From: Heptranchias perlo
Lineage: Eukaryota
NCBI RefSeq assembly: GCF_035084215.1
Contig: NC_090353.1
Coordinates: forward strand, 13,330,001-13,394,000
Direction of reading: 5' to 3'
Length of the DNA: 64,000 nucleotides
Under the pieces are notes generated by a model. It made no database searches. It saw only the letters and a list, made by a program, of their open reading frames with translations, and was not told the DNA's origin. Numbering within the stretch: the stretch's first letter is position 1; every line of letters begins with the position of its first letter. Below are positions 39,241-50,348 of the stretch, in pieces. The position numbers and the translations under genes are program-made.

Positions 39241-41271
39241 TTACGTGTAGCGTGACATGAACCCAAGATCCCGGTTGAGGCCATCCTCATGGGTGCGGAA
39301 CTTAGCTATCAATTTCTGCTCTACGATTTTGCATTGTCGTGTGTCTCGAAGGCCGCCTTGGAGTATGCTTACCCGAAGGTCGGTGGCTGAATGTCCTTGA
39401 CTGCTGAAGTGTTCCCCGACTGGGAGGGAACCCTCCTGTCTGGCGATTGTTGCGTGGTGTCCGTTCATCCGTTGTCGCAGCGTCTGCATGGTCTCACCAA
39501 TGTACCATGCTCTGGGGCATCCTTTCCTGCAACGTATGAGGTAGACAACGTTGGCCGAGTCACAGGAGTATGAACCATGCACCTGGTGGGTTGTGTCCTC
39601 TCGTGTGATGGTGGCATCTGTGTCGCTGATCTGGCATGTCTTGCAGAGGTTGCCGTGGCAGGGTTGTGTGGTGTCGTGGACGCTGTTCTCCTGAAAGCTG
39701 GGTAATTTGCTGCGAACGATGGTCTGTTTGAGGTTGGGTGGCTGTTTGAAGGCGAGTAGTGGAGGTGTGGGGATGGCCATAGCGAGGTGTTCGTCGTCAT
39801 TGATGACACGTTGAAGGCTGCGGAGAACATGGCGTAGTTTCTCCGCTCCGGGGAAGTACTGGACGACGAAGGGTACTCTGTTGGTTGCGTCCCGTGTTAG
39901 TCTTCTGAGGAGGTCTATGCGATTTTTCGCTGTGGCCCGTCGGAACTGTCGATCGATGAGTCGAGCGTCAAATCCCGTTCTTACTAGGGCATCTTTCAGC
40001 GTCTGTAGGTGTCCATCGCGTTCCTCCTCGTCTGAGCAGACTGTGTATTCGCAGGGCCTGTCCATAGGGGATGGCCTCTTTGACGTGGTTAGGGTGGAAG
40101 CTGGAAAAGTGGAGCATCGTGAGGTTGTCCGTGGGCTTGCGGTAGAGTGAGGTGCTGAGGTGCCCGTCTTTGATGGAGATTCGTGTGTCCAAGAAAGAAA
40201 CCGATTCTGAGGAGTAGTCCATGGTGAGCTTGATGGTGGGATGGAACTTGATGTTATCGTGTAGTCTCTTTAGTGATTCCTCGTCATGGGTCCATAGAAA
40301 GAAAATGTCTTCGATGTATCTGGTATATAGTGTTGGTTGGAGGTCCTGTGCAGTGAAGAAGTCCTGCTCGAACTTGTGCCTGAAAATGTTGGCGTATTGG
40401 GCTGCGAATTTGGTCCCCATGGCTGTTCCGTGCGTTTGGGTAAAGAACTGGTTATCGAAGGTGAAGACATTGTGATCCAGGATGAAGCGGATGAGTTGTA
40501 GGATGGCGTCTGGAGATTGGCTGTTGTTGGTGTTGAGTATTGATGCTGTCGCAGCGATGCCGTCATCGTGGGGGATACTGGTGTCGAGTGCCGAGACGTC
40601 CATCGTGGTGAGAAGTGTTCTTGGTTCAACTGGTCCGTGGGTACTGAGTTTTTGTAGGAAGTCTGTAGTGTCGCGACAGAAGCTGGGGGTTCCCTGTACG
40701 ATGGGTTTCAGGTTGCCCTCGATGTATCCAGAGAGGTTCTCACACAGGGTTCCGTTGCCTGATATGATAGGACGTCCGGGTGTGTTGGCTTTGTGTATCT
40801 TTGGGAGGCAGTAGAAGTCTCCCACGCGGGGAGTACGTGGGATGAGAGCACGTAGGATGCTTTGAAGGTCTGGATCGAAGGTCTTGATCAGTTTGTTGAG
40901 CTGGTGGGTGTGTTCTTTGGTCGGATCTGCGGGTAACCGTCTGTAGTGTTCCTGGTTGTCCAGTTGTCGGTATGCTTCTTTGCAATAGTCCGTTCTGTTC
41001 TGTATGACGATGGCTCCTCCTTTGTCCGCTGGTTTGATGACGATGTTGCGGTTGGTCTTGAGAGCGTTGATGGCGTTGCGTTGTGCTCGGGTGACATTCT
41101 GGACTGTCTTGTGAGTGCGGCTGATGAATCTGGCATTGACGCATTTCCTGACAGCTTGAGCATACATGTCAAGCTGAGGGCAGCGACCCTCCGGAGGAGT
41201 CCAGTGTGACTCTTTCCTCTTCGGTTGCTGTTCCGGATCGTTGATTGTCTCATTGGGTTCGCTGCTGAAAT
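39241..41271 (-). pseudogene. PLE reverse transcriptase + GIY-YIG endonuclease ORF, 5'-truncated and inactivated
   Basis: IVIKPADKGGA, YCLPKIHK..PGRPI, MDVSAL, GTAMG and RYIED (catalytic YIDD mutated). Frameshift near 40040 (ALRIH/CSDEEE). GIY-YIG motif NVVYLIRC...WYIGET with a CxxxxCxxC motif upstream. Confidence 0.92.
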
Positions 41272-42015
41272 CCAACCTCAAACAGACCATCGTTTGCAGC
41301 AAATTACCCAGCTTTCAGGAGAACAGCGTCCACGACACCACACAACCCAGCCACGGTAACCTCTGCAAGACATGCCAGATCATCGACACAGATACCACCA
41401 TCACAGGAGAGGACACCACCCACCAGGTGCATGGTTCATACTCCTTTGACTCGGCCAACATTGTCTACCTCATACGTTGCAAGAAAGGATGCCCCAGAGC
41501 ATGGTACATTGGCGAGACAATGCAGACGCTGCGACAACGGATGAACGGACACCACGCAACAATCGCCAGACAGGAGGGTTCCCTCCCAGTCGGGGAACAC
41601 TTCAGCAGTCAAGGACATTCAGCCACCGACCTTCGGGTAAGCATACTCCAAGGCGGCCTTCGAGACACACGACAACGCAAAATCGTCGAGCAGAAATTGA
41701 TAGCTAAGTTCCGTACCCATGAGGACGGCCTCAACCGGGATCTTGGGTTCATGTCACGCTACACGTAACCCCACCAGCGAACATATGTTATCTGTTTTTA
41801 ATATAACTGGTCATTTGCTGTCTTTTCTATGTCTCTGCCTCTCTCTCTGTTTTCTTTTTGGTGGTTTGTATATTCGGTGGCCTTTTAGGTAACACCTCTC
41901 TGTCTGCACATTGTGATTGCCGTGGCAACGGGCAGTTGGAAAGACTATCTGTAATCACCAGGCATCGTTCTGTGATTTATAAATGCGAAGGGTTCGAGGA
42001 TTTCATTTCCACAAC

Positions 42016-42056
42016 ATTCACTTGAGGAAGGAGGAAGCCTCTGAAAGCTTGTGAAT
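42016..42056 (+). ncRNA. PLE hammerhead motif, core-mutated copy
   Basis: AUUCAC-UUGAGGA...CCUCU-GAAAGCUU-GUGAAU. Carries a C3U core change and a stem II C-to-U change. Confidence 0.55.
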
Positions 42057-42588
42057 TTCAAATAAAATTGTTGGACTATAACTTGGTGTTGTAAAATGGT
42101 TTACAATTTCTTTTATAAGTGTTTGTTTTAGGCAGGAATAGTGGTAATAGCTTAGAGGGATCCTTCAAAAACAAAAACAAATTAAAACATCATAAAATAA
42201 ACTTTTCATCTTCTCAAATTGCAACAAAATTACTTACCTCAAACATTATATGCCAATCTCGGCCTCTTCCCACCCACTTGATTCTGATGGATGTTACCAG
42301 CTGGTACAGTAATAACCCTGTGTTACACACGCGTCACTCACCAGCATTTTAAATATACAGCTGTTTAGAGCATGTTATTTAAAGTGCTGGTGGCCAGAGC
42401 ACTAACATTAGCCGGTATCATCCTCCACAGACAGGTGGGGAGAAGAACTGCAAGACTCAGTCATGCACCTTACGGTCCCGATACCACATAAGAATTATCC
42501 GTACACTTATATTAAGGGCCCTCAATCGCGTGAAAAGTCCCTGTCACCCTGAACAGCTGACTGGGGTTGTACATGTTTGGTTTCTTAC

Positions 42589-42692
42589 CTCTCCTTTAGT
42601 TTATCAGAGAGTTCCTCCAGAATTTGCACAGCTTGTCTGTGATAATCGAGTTGTGCCTCCACCAGGGCTGACATTTGACTCACCTGCTCAAT
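42589..42692 (-). CDS. SH3GL1: Endophilin-A2 exon 7 ([34 protein letters not shown])
   Basis: 104 nt, phase 0-2, ttgcag| and |gtaaga. Final BAR helix. Lies between Penelope copies. Confidence 0.95.
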
Positions 42693-43155
42693 CTGCAAGA
42701 AAATTCACATTTGGTTTAGGCTATTTTAAAGTACGTATAAAATGAAAATCATAGGTGATTTAGTCCAGCATGAAATGAGTGGCTCCCATCCAAAGGGGTT
42801 GCACCATGTATAGTGACAAGATGAGACAGATTCATGTCTAAACCCGTGCCTTTTACAATTACAAATTCTACTGAGCTTTCTCTTCAGAATTGGCTCAGGG
42901 TCAATAGAAACTGCATGAAGGCACAGTTTCACCCTGAGACTGATAGAGTGCATTTGGGAACCTGTATAAGTTTGCCTCACTGGGCCATCTGCCTCTCCCA
43001 TCGTTATGCTGGTTCTTACTTCCCTCACTGTCCTAGTCCAATTGAATATAGGAGAAAAGGTATGGAATGTCATAATTTAGTCCCACTGCACTCTATGGCA
43101 CTCCAGTACAGTGTTGAGGGAGTGCTGCAGTGAAGAATTGCAGTCCTTCCTATGA

Positions 43156-44089
43156 CAGCCTTCAACATGTCATCAATGAGGACAAACACCTCGCTATGGC
43201 CATCCCCACACCTCCACTACTCGCCTTTAAACAGCCACCCAACCTCAAACAGACCATCGTTCGCAGCAAATTACCTAGCTTTCAAGAGAACAGCGTCCAC
43301 GACACCACACAACCCTGCCACGGTAACCTCTGCAAGACATGCCAGATCATCGACACAGATACCACCATCACACGAGAGGACACCACCCACCAGGTGCATG
43401 GTTCATACTCCTGTGACTCGGCCAACGTTGTCTACCTCATACGTTGCAGGAAAGGATGCCCCAGAGCATGGTACATTGGTGAGACCATGCAGACGCTGCG
43501 ACAACGGATGAACGGACACCGCGCAACAATCGCCAAACAGGAGGGTTCCCTCCCAGTCGGGGAACACTTTCAGCAGTCATGGACATTCATCCACCGACCT
43601 TCGGGTAAGCGTACTCCAAGGCGGCCTTCGAGACACACGACAACGCAAAATCGTCGAGCAGAAATTGATAGCCAAGTTCCGCACCCATGAGGACGGCCTC
43701 AACCGGGATCTTGGGTTCATGTCACGCTACACGTTACCCCACCAGCGAACAAATGTTATCTGTTTTTAATATAATGGGTCATTTGCTGGCTTTCTCTGCC
43801 TTCCGGATGTTTCTGCCTCTCTCTGTTTTTTTTCCTGTTTGTTTTTTTGTTGAATGTGTATTCGGGGGTTCTGCAGGTGACACCTCTCTGTCTGAACACG
43901 GTGATTGCCTTGGCAACGGGCAGTTGCAGGGGCATTCTGTAAAGACCATGTATTGTTCTATATGTATAAATGCGTAGGCTTCGAGGAGCTCCTGAACATT
44001 TACCTGAGGAAGGAGGAAGCCTCCGAAAGCTTGTGAATTTAAAATAAAATTGCTGGACTATAACTTGGTGTTGTAAAATTGTTTACAAT
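43156..44089 (+). mobile_element. 5'-truncated Penelope-like element (GIY-YIG + pLTR) inserted in a SINE
   Basis: Same GIY-YIG sequence with a 1-nt frameshift near 43570 and a variant pLTR. 5-bp duplication TATGA at 43151-43155 and 44090-44094. Confidence 0.9.
43998..44038 (+). ncRNA. PLE hammerhead motif (intact core)
   Basis: AUUUAC-CUGAGGA-A-GGAGG(AAG)CCUCC-GAAA-GCUU-GUGAAU. Stem I is retained with one G-U pair. Confidence 0.72.
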
Positions 44090-44679
44090 TATGAGAGGTT
44101 AAACTGAGATTCTGGCTGCCCATTAAAGATGGCATTATTTAAAGGAATGAACCCATTGTCCTAACAAACATTCCTCTTTTGGCCAATATCATCAAAAATC
44201 ACAGATTAACTGTTGATTCCTCCCATTGGGATCTTGCTGCTGCACCATGGCTACTGTGTTTGCCAACAGAACAGTCACAGCAGTCCAAAAGTGCTTAACT
44301 GTGTCAAGTGCTTTGGGTCATTTCAATGACATGATAAGGTTCTATATCAATCCAAGTTATTTGTTCCTCAACCAGACACTAACAGAATGTGGGTTCACAT
44401 AAAGAAGGTTGCAGATGAGGAGACCGGTAAGTAAGGATGGGTCAAGAACATTAAAGGAGGAAGGAAACAGCAGACAGAAGGCGAATTCAATGACAGGGTT
44501 TCAGGAGTATGCATGGGTATTTTTCAGTATCCAGCAGCACAAACAGGGCAAATCCACCAAAACCACAATCAGTAAATTCAAATGCTGAGCTTAGGTCACA
44601 GCTTGGGGCTCAGCACTAGATATTAGTTATTTCCCAGGGTGAGTTTTTAAAATAAAAAAGGGAGGGGGGAGAAAATGAA

Positions 44680-44798
44680 AATGCAAATACCAGAAATCGG
44701 AAATGAAAACCAAAAAAGCTGGAAGTGTGTGGCAGGTCAGTCAGCATCCGAGAAAGGAAGAAAGGTTAATGTTTTGGGTGTGACCCATCTTCAGAACT
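44680..44798 (-). mobile_element. Relic terminus of a second PLE-derived family with decayed hammerhead. Similar relic at ~18690-18800
   Basis: - strand GTT-CTGAAGA-T-GGGT(CAC)ACCC-AAAACATT-AAC. The GAAA box is decayed to AAAA. Confidence 0.5.
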
Positions 44799-45801
44799 CT
44801 GATTTTTAAATCATCTCTTGACTGAGCCCCTAGATGAAGCAATCTGCAGGATTAGAACATTCCAAGTCAGGGGGAGTAACCAAACATTCACTTTGCCCTC
44901 ACTTTAACGCTGGATAATTCTTCAAAGTTGCAGAAATTGCTGTTAAGCGTAGCTGAAAGAATGCTCAGAATACTACGTTGTTACAGAAATGAAGTTAGTT
45001 TCATTATTAATCCAACCAACTCTTCAAAAGAAACTTGATCATTTTTTTCAGTGCACTCAATAAAGCTTCAGATAGTTACTGTAATGTCCTACACACACTT
45101 GTTTTATATGTTTGCATTTGATGATTGGATGAGACAACACTTGCTCCATTTCCTTAAAACTTCATATAAACCAGAAGTAGAATCCTTGGAAGTATAATAG
45201 TACATTTACGAGCTCAATGGTCACAAGTAAAACAGTAAAAGTATTTTTGTTTCACAACATGTCATAATTTTCCTCAATTTTCTTGCCTTTTCATCAGAAG
45301 GCACTGACCTTTGTTGAGATCATTATGCTGGCCAAAAAGGAGTGTTGGTAGGTTATTTGACTAAGGGCATCACAGCTGGGCCTGATATGCTCCTTAGATG
45401 AAATCTATGCATGTGCAACTTCTAGCAGTGGCACTGGATAGTGATCTGGAGAAGGAATCCTAATGCTGACTTTTTTCCATTTAGCCCAGGAGGCACTGAA
45501 GCCAAATATCATTCCCATACATTAACCCCAGCTGAGAACAGCAAACTCTGAGAACAAATACCGAATCCAGAACATTCCTGGTATGGGTATGGCTCAGTAC
45601 TGCACCGAGTGGTACATTTACTAAACCATCAGGGGATCTCCAAATTAAGCTTATGTGAACTAACCCCTCCGCCACAACATAAAATCCTGTCACCTGATAT
45701 TCAAAGCCATATTATTTATTCCCAGACATGAATATAGCATCATTAACATATAGGAAAGAGAAAGAAGAACAGAGTAGCTGGACTTTTGAAATCATCCTTA
45801 C

Positions 45802-45960
45802 ATCAGTTTCTAAAAGGTTGTACATGCTAGTTTCGGCCACATCTTTGGACTCATCGAATTTCTCCATGGCTTGTCTGATCTCCTCCTCAGGGATTTTACC
45901 CTGTCGCTTCTTCTTGTAGTCATAGTCCAGGCGCCGACCCTCCAGTTTCTTCAAGTGATG
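45802..45960 (-). CDS. SH3GL1: Endophilin-A2 exon 6 ([53 protein letters not shown])
   Basis: 159 nt, phase 0-0, ttgtag| and |gtaagg. AETSMxNLLETD favours A2 over A1 (AESSMFNLLEMD) and A3 (AERSMFNFLEND). Confidence 0.96.
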
Positions 45961-46887
45961 CTACAATGTCAAAGTGAATATATAATACATAGTAATCTCT
46001 AATAATTTCTACATTACAACAGTGACTACACTTTTTAAAAAAAAACTTCATTGGCTGTAAAGTGCTTTGGGACATCCTGAGGTCATGAAAAGCGCCATAT
46101 AAATGCAAGTCTTTTTTCTAAAATATTCTTAGTTTTTTTTTGTCCCCTCCTTCCCTGAAAACCCTGACTCTGCATAGTTCTACTGGTGCCGACAATCCTC
46201 AGAGACTTTGCGCACATTGCCATTCTTCTTTTTGAATCCAGGCAGTGTCTGTAGGCTACTGGACCTTTGGGAAGGCATCACAAGCCTGCCCAATCCTGTT
46301 GTTCCCAGATGTCCTCACATGCACACCTTCCAGCATGGGGTCACTAATCAGGAACAAGAACCCTGGCTAATTTTTCCTCTCCCTCTCAAGAGCATGGAGA
46401 CCAATTGTAGCACCCCAGCTGAGGTCAGCTACCTCAGTACAGACCAGGAGTGAACCTTTAATCTTCTGGTTTACATGGCTTAGTAACACTCACACTGTAT
46501 GTTAAGTCATTAAGCTATAAGGGAAGCTTTTCTATCAATGTATTACCTTCCCATGCAGTGAAATGCTTTTTAATAAATCATATTTGTCCTGTTCCTTTAA
46601 CTGTTCATTGCTACCTCTTTAGTGTCATAGTTCAATGGGGAATGGGAGATGTTTGAGTATTGAGGTCACAAATGTTCCACGGTCAGCTGATGGGGCAGAC
46701 TAGTTTACTACCATGATATACTGTGTCTGGCTGCCAGACCAAAAAACTCAGTCAACATGGACAACAAGGTAAAGTGACTGCTGAGTTTGAGACTCCAAAT
46801 CAGTCTCTTTTGGAGATGGTGTGCTTGTATAGCAAGGTTCCCCTCAGGGTAGGAAAACCAGAGCACTGCCATTAAAATAGCTTTAGT

Positions 46888-47258
46888 GACATTCTAACAG
46901 GACTAGACAGACTAGATGCAGGGAGGATGTTCCCGATGGCTGGGGAGTCCAGAACCAGGGGTCAGTCTCAGGATACGGGGTATGCCATTTAGAACCGAGA
47001 TGAGGAGAAATTTCTTCACTCAGAGGGTGGTGAACCTGTGGAATTCTCTACCACAGAAGGCAGTGGAGGCTAAGTCATTAGATGTATTCAAGAAGGAGAT
47101 AGATATATTTCTTAATGCTAAAGGGATTAAGGGATATGGGGAAAAAAGCGGGAACAGGGTACTGAGTTAGACGATCAGCCATGATCATTTTGAATGGCGG
47201 AGCAGGCCCGAAGGGCCGAATGGCCTACTCTTGCTCCTATTTTCTATGTTTCTATGTT
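46888..47258 (+). mobile_element. Young CR1 3' end
   Basis: FRTEMRRNFFTQRVVNLWNSLPQKAVEAKSLDVFKKEID, followed by the 3' UTR and an (tttctatg)2 tail. Confidence 0.9.
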
Positions 47259-47948
47259 CAAAAGCTACAAGTTCCACCTTCCCCTTCTGCAGTCACAAGG
47301 TGTCTGCTTCCCTTTTCTTTAGGTCTCCCATGACTCATAATCCAGGATGACCTACCCCCTAGGTCTCCGACAGTGCTGTTCTTCTGCTTGTTTCAAAGAA
47401 GTCTGGGCAAAAGTGGCTGTGCTCGTTAGAGTTTCCCTCCCAGATAGGTAGGAGAAGAAAAAGCATCTTTCCTCCACTCAATGTTTTCCCCAATGACACA
47501 GGCAGGAGCAGACTTACGAAGAACGAGTCATGAACCCATCTTCTGCTCACTATTCTACCAAAAATTACAGCACACCAGCGCCTTGAATTGGCTTTATATG
47601 CTGTGTCATTAAACACTTTTCTTGTCTGATTCAGTTTGACACAATAGCTTAGGCTACTCCCAAACTCATTTTGGGGAGCACAGGAAGAGGAGCAGATCAT
47701 TCAGCCCCTCAACTCATCTCGCCATTCAATTAGATCGTGGTTAATATGTACCTCGTCCATTTACCCGCCTTTGCTCCATATCCCTCGATACCCTTACCTA
47801 ACAAAAAAAAAAAAAATCGATCTTAGTAGTGAAAATTTCAATTGACCCACTGAAGCATCACTTCCATCTGCCCTGCAGATTCCCTGCCCCAGCATATCTC
47901 CAGCCCAGGGATCATAAGCATACAGGAGGGGGGGGGGGCTTCCCAGCT

Positions 47949-48157
47949 TGTTAATTGTATGATTTATATCAATTAATGTTAATTGTATTCAGGTGGTGGG
48001 TATCAATTGGGGACTCTCGTATGCTTTTTATAGGAGAGCTTAGCTAGGGTGTGGGGTGTGTGTGCATGGGGAATCTTTGCGAATAAAGACTTGAAAAGCA
48101 ACTAAAGACCAGGCTCTAGTATTCTATCATTCACCGCATGGCTATCCAATTTTAACA
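47949..48157 (+). mobile_element. Solo-LTR-like segment
   Basis: TGTTAA...TTAACA ends, with an internal TATA-like tttata and AATAAA. No TSD found. Confidence 0.4.
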
Positions 48158-50214
48158 CTCCAGTGAGGTGTTATGCTAGGATGGGAGTCTGCCGCAGTGG
48201 GAGAAAGAGGTAGCTGGCTAAGTAGAATATTTTCTTCCCCAAAAATTTCAACTAGTATTAATAGGGCCTGTGCATGGCAGTACTCTGAAACCACTTCCAT
48301 GGATCTCTCTTCAATTTATGCTGAGGCCACCTCTGCCGATCGCTGGGATCTAACAGGCGGCCTGTGTTCAACATCTGAAGAGTGCAAATGGCAGGAAACA
48401 CAGCAGAGGCCATATTTTTCTCATTTGCATCTCTTTATCCTCCCCAATTTCCCCAACAAACCAGCTTCTTTACCCTGGTCTACAGTTATGGTTTATTAAC
48501 CTGATTTATGCAAAACACATTTTAAACACAAACAACAGAAATCAACAAATGTTCTATGGATTTCAATCTTGGGCAGGACTGGCTTTATTGATAAACAGGT
48601 GCACAGGCAGCTCTTATCGTGGGTTAATTGAGCTTGGGTTTAATGACTATGTGACAGAGTCTGTATTGTTTTCTTGACTTTAACTTCAAAGGCTGTCTCA
48701 TCTTGTATCACATTGGTCTGTTCGCTTAAACTGATGATCTCACTGATGTAAACAGCAGGGTTTTCCTGTGACAAAGAACTGGCTTGTTTAATTATATAAA
48801 TTAACTTTTTGTATTAGATCTGCAAATTGTTTTCCTGTTCATTCATATTACATCAATGAAACGCGAGAGCGAATTGTGCCTGAGTTCGCTTCAGGTTTGA
48901 AGGATTAATTGATACTGACACATCCAAAACCTGATTCCAGTGATTTGTTAGCTGGTGGCATCACCCAGCATATGCACAAATCAGTTTGGGTAATTTTACA
49001 ACAATTACAAATATTTTTAACATTATCCCTCGAAGGGACTTTGGGGAACAATTTGAGTTATGATTACATTTTTTCCCCTCTGTAGTCCTGCTAAACATTG
49101 TCCTGAGACCCAAACAGCAGAAGATCCTGTTTGCACAGATGATATTTGCACTTTAGGTCTGAAGCCACCAGCAGGAACTACCTTGCCACAACACTAAATA
49201 TGGATGCGAATGCAATTCAGATATAAGGTATATCTCCACTTTTGTATTGATCAAGTTCTATTCACTTCCCAAGCATTGACCTCACACAGCTGCATGCAAG
49301 CCAAATGTAAATATGAAGGAAGTTGCTAAAAACATGGCTTCCAAGCCGCTGGTTCTAGAGAGGAGAGCCTTGGCAATTTACATTTGGCTTGAGAACGGTT
49401 GCACAAAATCTGTGCTACTGAAATATAATTGTGCCTTATGTTGATTAAAAAACTGCGTGAGACATTGTTTGATTCAATAAAGGAAACAAACTATCTGGGA
49501 GCTACCGAGAAGTGTTGGTTTTGGCACCTACGAATGTTGAGGCAGCAAAAGAGTGCTTCCAAAAGCTGAAGAGATTTGTAAATTACTCTTCCATAAGACG
49601 TTGGTGTTCAAATGGAGATAGATGGAATTTTCAAGATCAAGAACCATATTGGTGAAATGGACAGACATGTTCAAGCTAAATCAGAAGATGTGCTTAGTAA
49701 GGGCAATTAATCCAATTAGAACATTCTCAATGTTTGTGTTATACATATATTGTACCTTTAGCAGGTTTTTTTACACTTCAAGTTGTTGTTTTTTGTAAAT
49801 AGTTATTGGCTTTAATCCATAAAGCTCTGGGCTATGTGATATCAACCATTTTGAAGAGAATTTGGCGATGTGGTTAGCCTCTATGATGTGCACCTCTGTA
49901 GGAAGAGCATCAAAAAGGTGTGGATTCCAGATCCTAGGGGACAAGATCTGCTTATAGGAACAGCTGCATTAATCCCCCCTCGCCCCCCCCAATGCCATAA
50001 TGGGCATGAAGAGGACCATTTAGAGGGTCCAGGGAAAAGGTAGTCATGTGACAGTGAAGCTTCATTGTATAACAAACCATTGAAGCCCAACAGACAAAAT
50101 AATCATTCCAAAATACATTTAAGTAGTGTTTCTTTTGGGGATGAGGGAAGAGAAGATGACAGTATGGCTGGAGAATCACTAATGCAATGTGTGTACCTAT
50201 AGATGACCTTTTAC

Positions 50215-50348
50215 CTGAATTTCTTTGAAATCTTTATCACATAGACTTTGTAATGGGTCAATAAAGTTCTGTTTGACTTCAATATCCAGGGAGTCTTTAA
50301 CCTCTGCCATCCGCTTCATCGATTCACCAACATCAATGAGAGCCCCTC
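50215..50348 (-). CDS. SH3GL1: Endophilin-A2 exon 5 ([45 protein letters not shown])
   Basis: 134 nt, phase 1-0, tttaag| and |gtaaaa. Encodes a BAR helix. Not in the ORF track. Confidence 0.95.

Larger units (their letters stand above)
38876..42106. mobile_element. Penelope-like element (Poseidon-type) composite insertion with inverted 3' duplication
   Basis: A - strand RT+GIY-YIG+pLTR segment (38876-41271) is fused to a + strand copy of its own 3' ~835 bp (41272-42106). 15-bp TSD TTTCTTTTATAAGTG at 38861-38875 and 42107-42121. Confidence 0.92.

Noticed and set aside
39241-41302. Active retroelement or a novel RT-nuclease system
   Set aside because: It is a standard Penelope RT-GIY-YIG ORF that is 5'-truncated, frameshifted and has YIDD changed to YIED. 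The ORF-track N-terminus runs across the inversion junction.
41241-41768. Stand-alone 175-aa GIY-YIG gene
   Set aside because: It is the inverted 3' arm of the PLE. The start is a non-ATG codon borrowed from antisense RT sequence.
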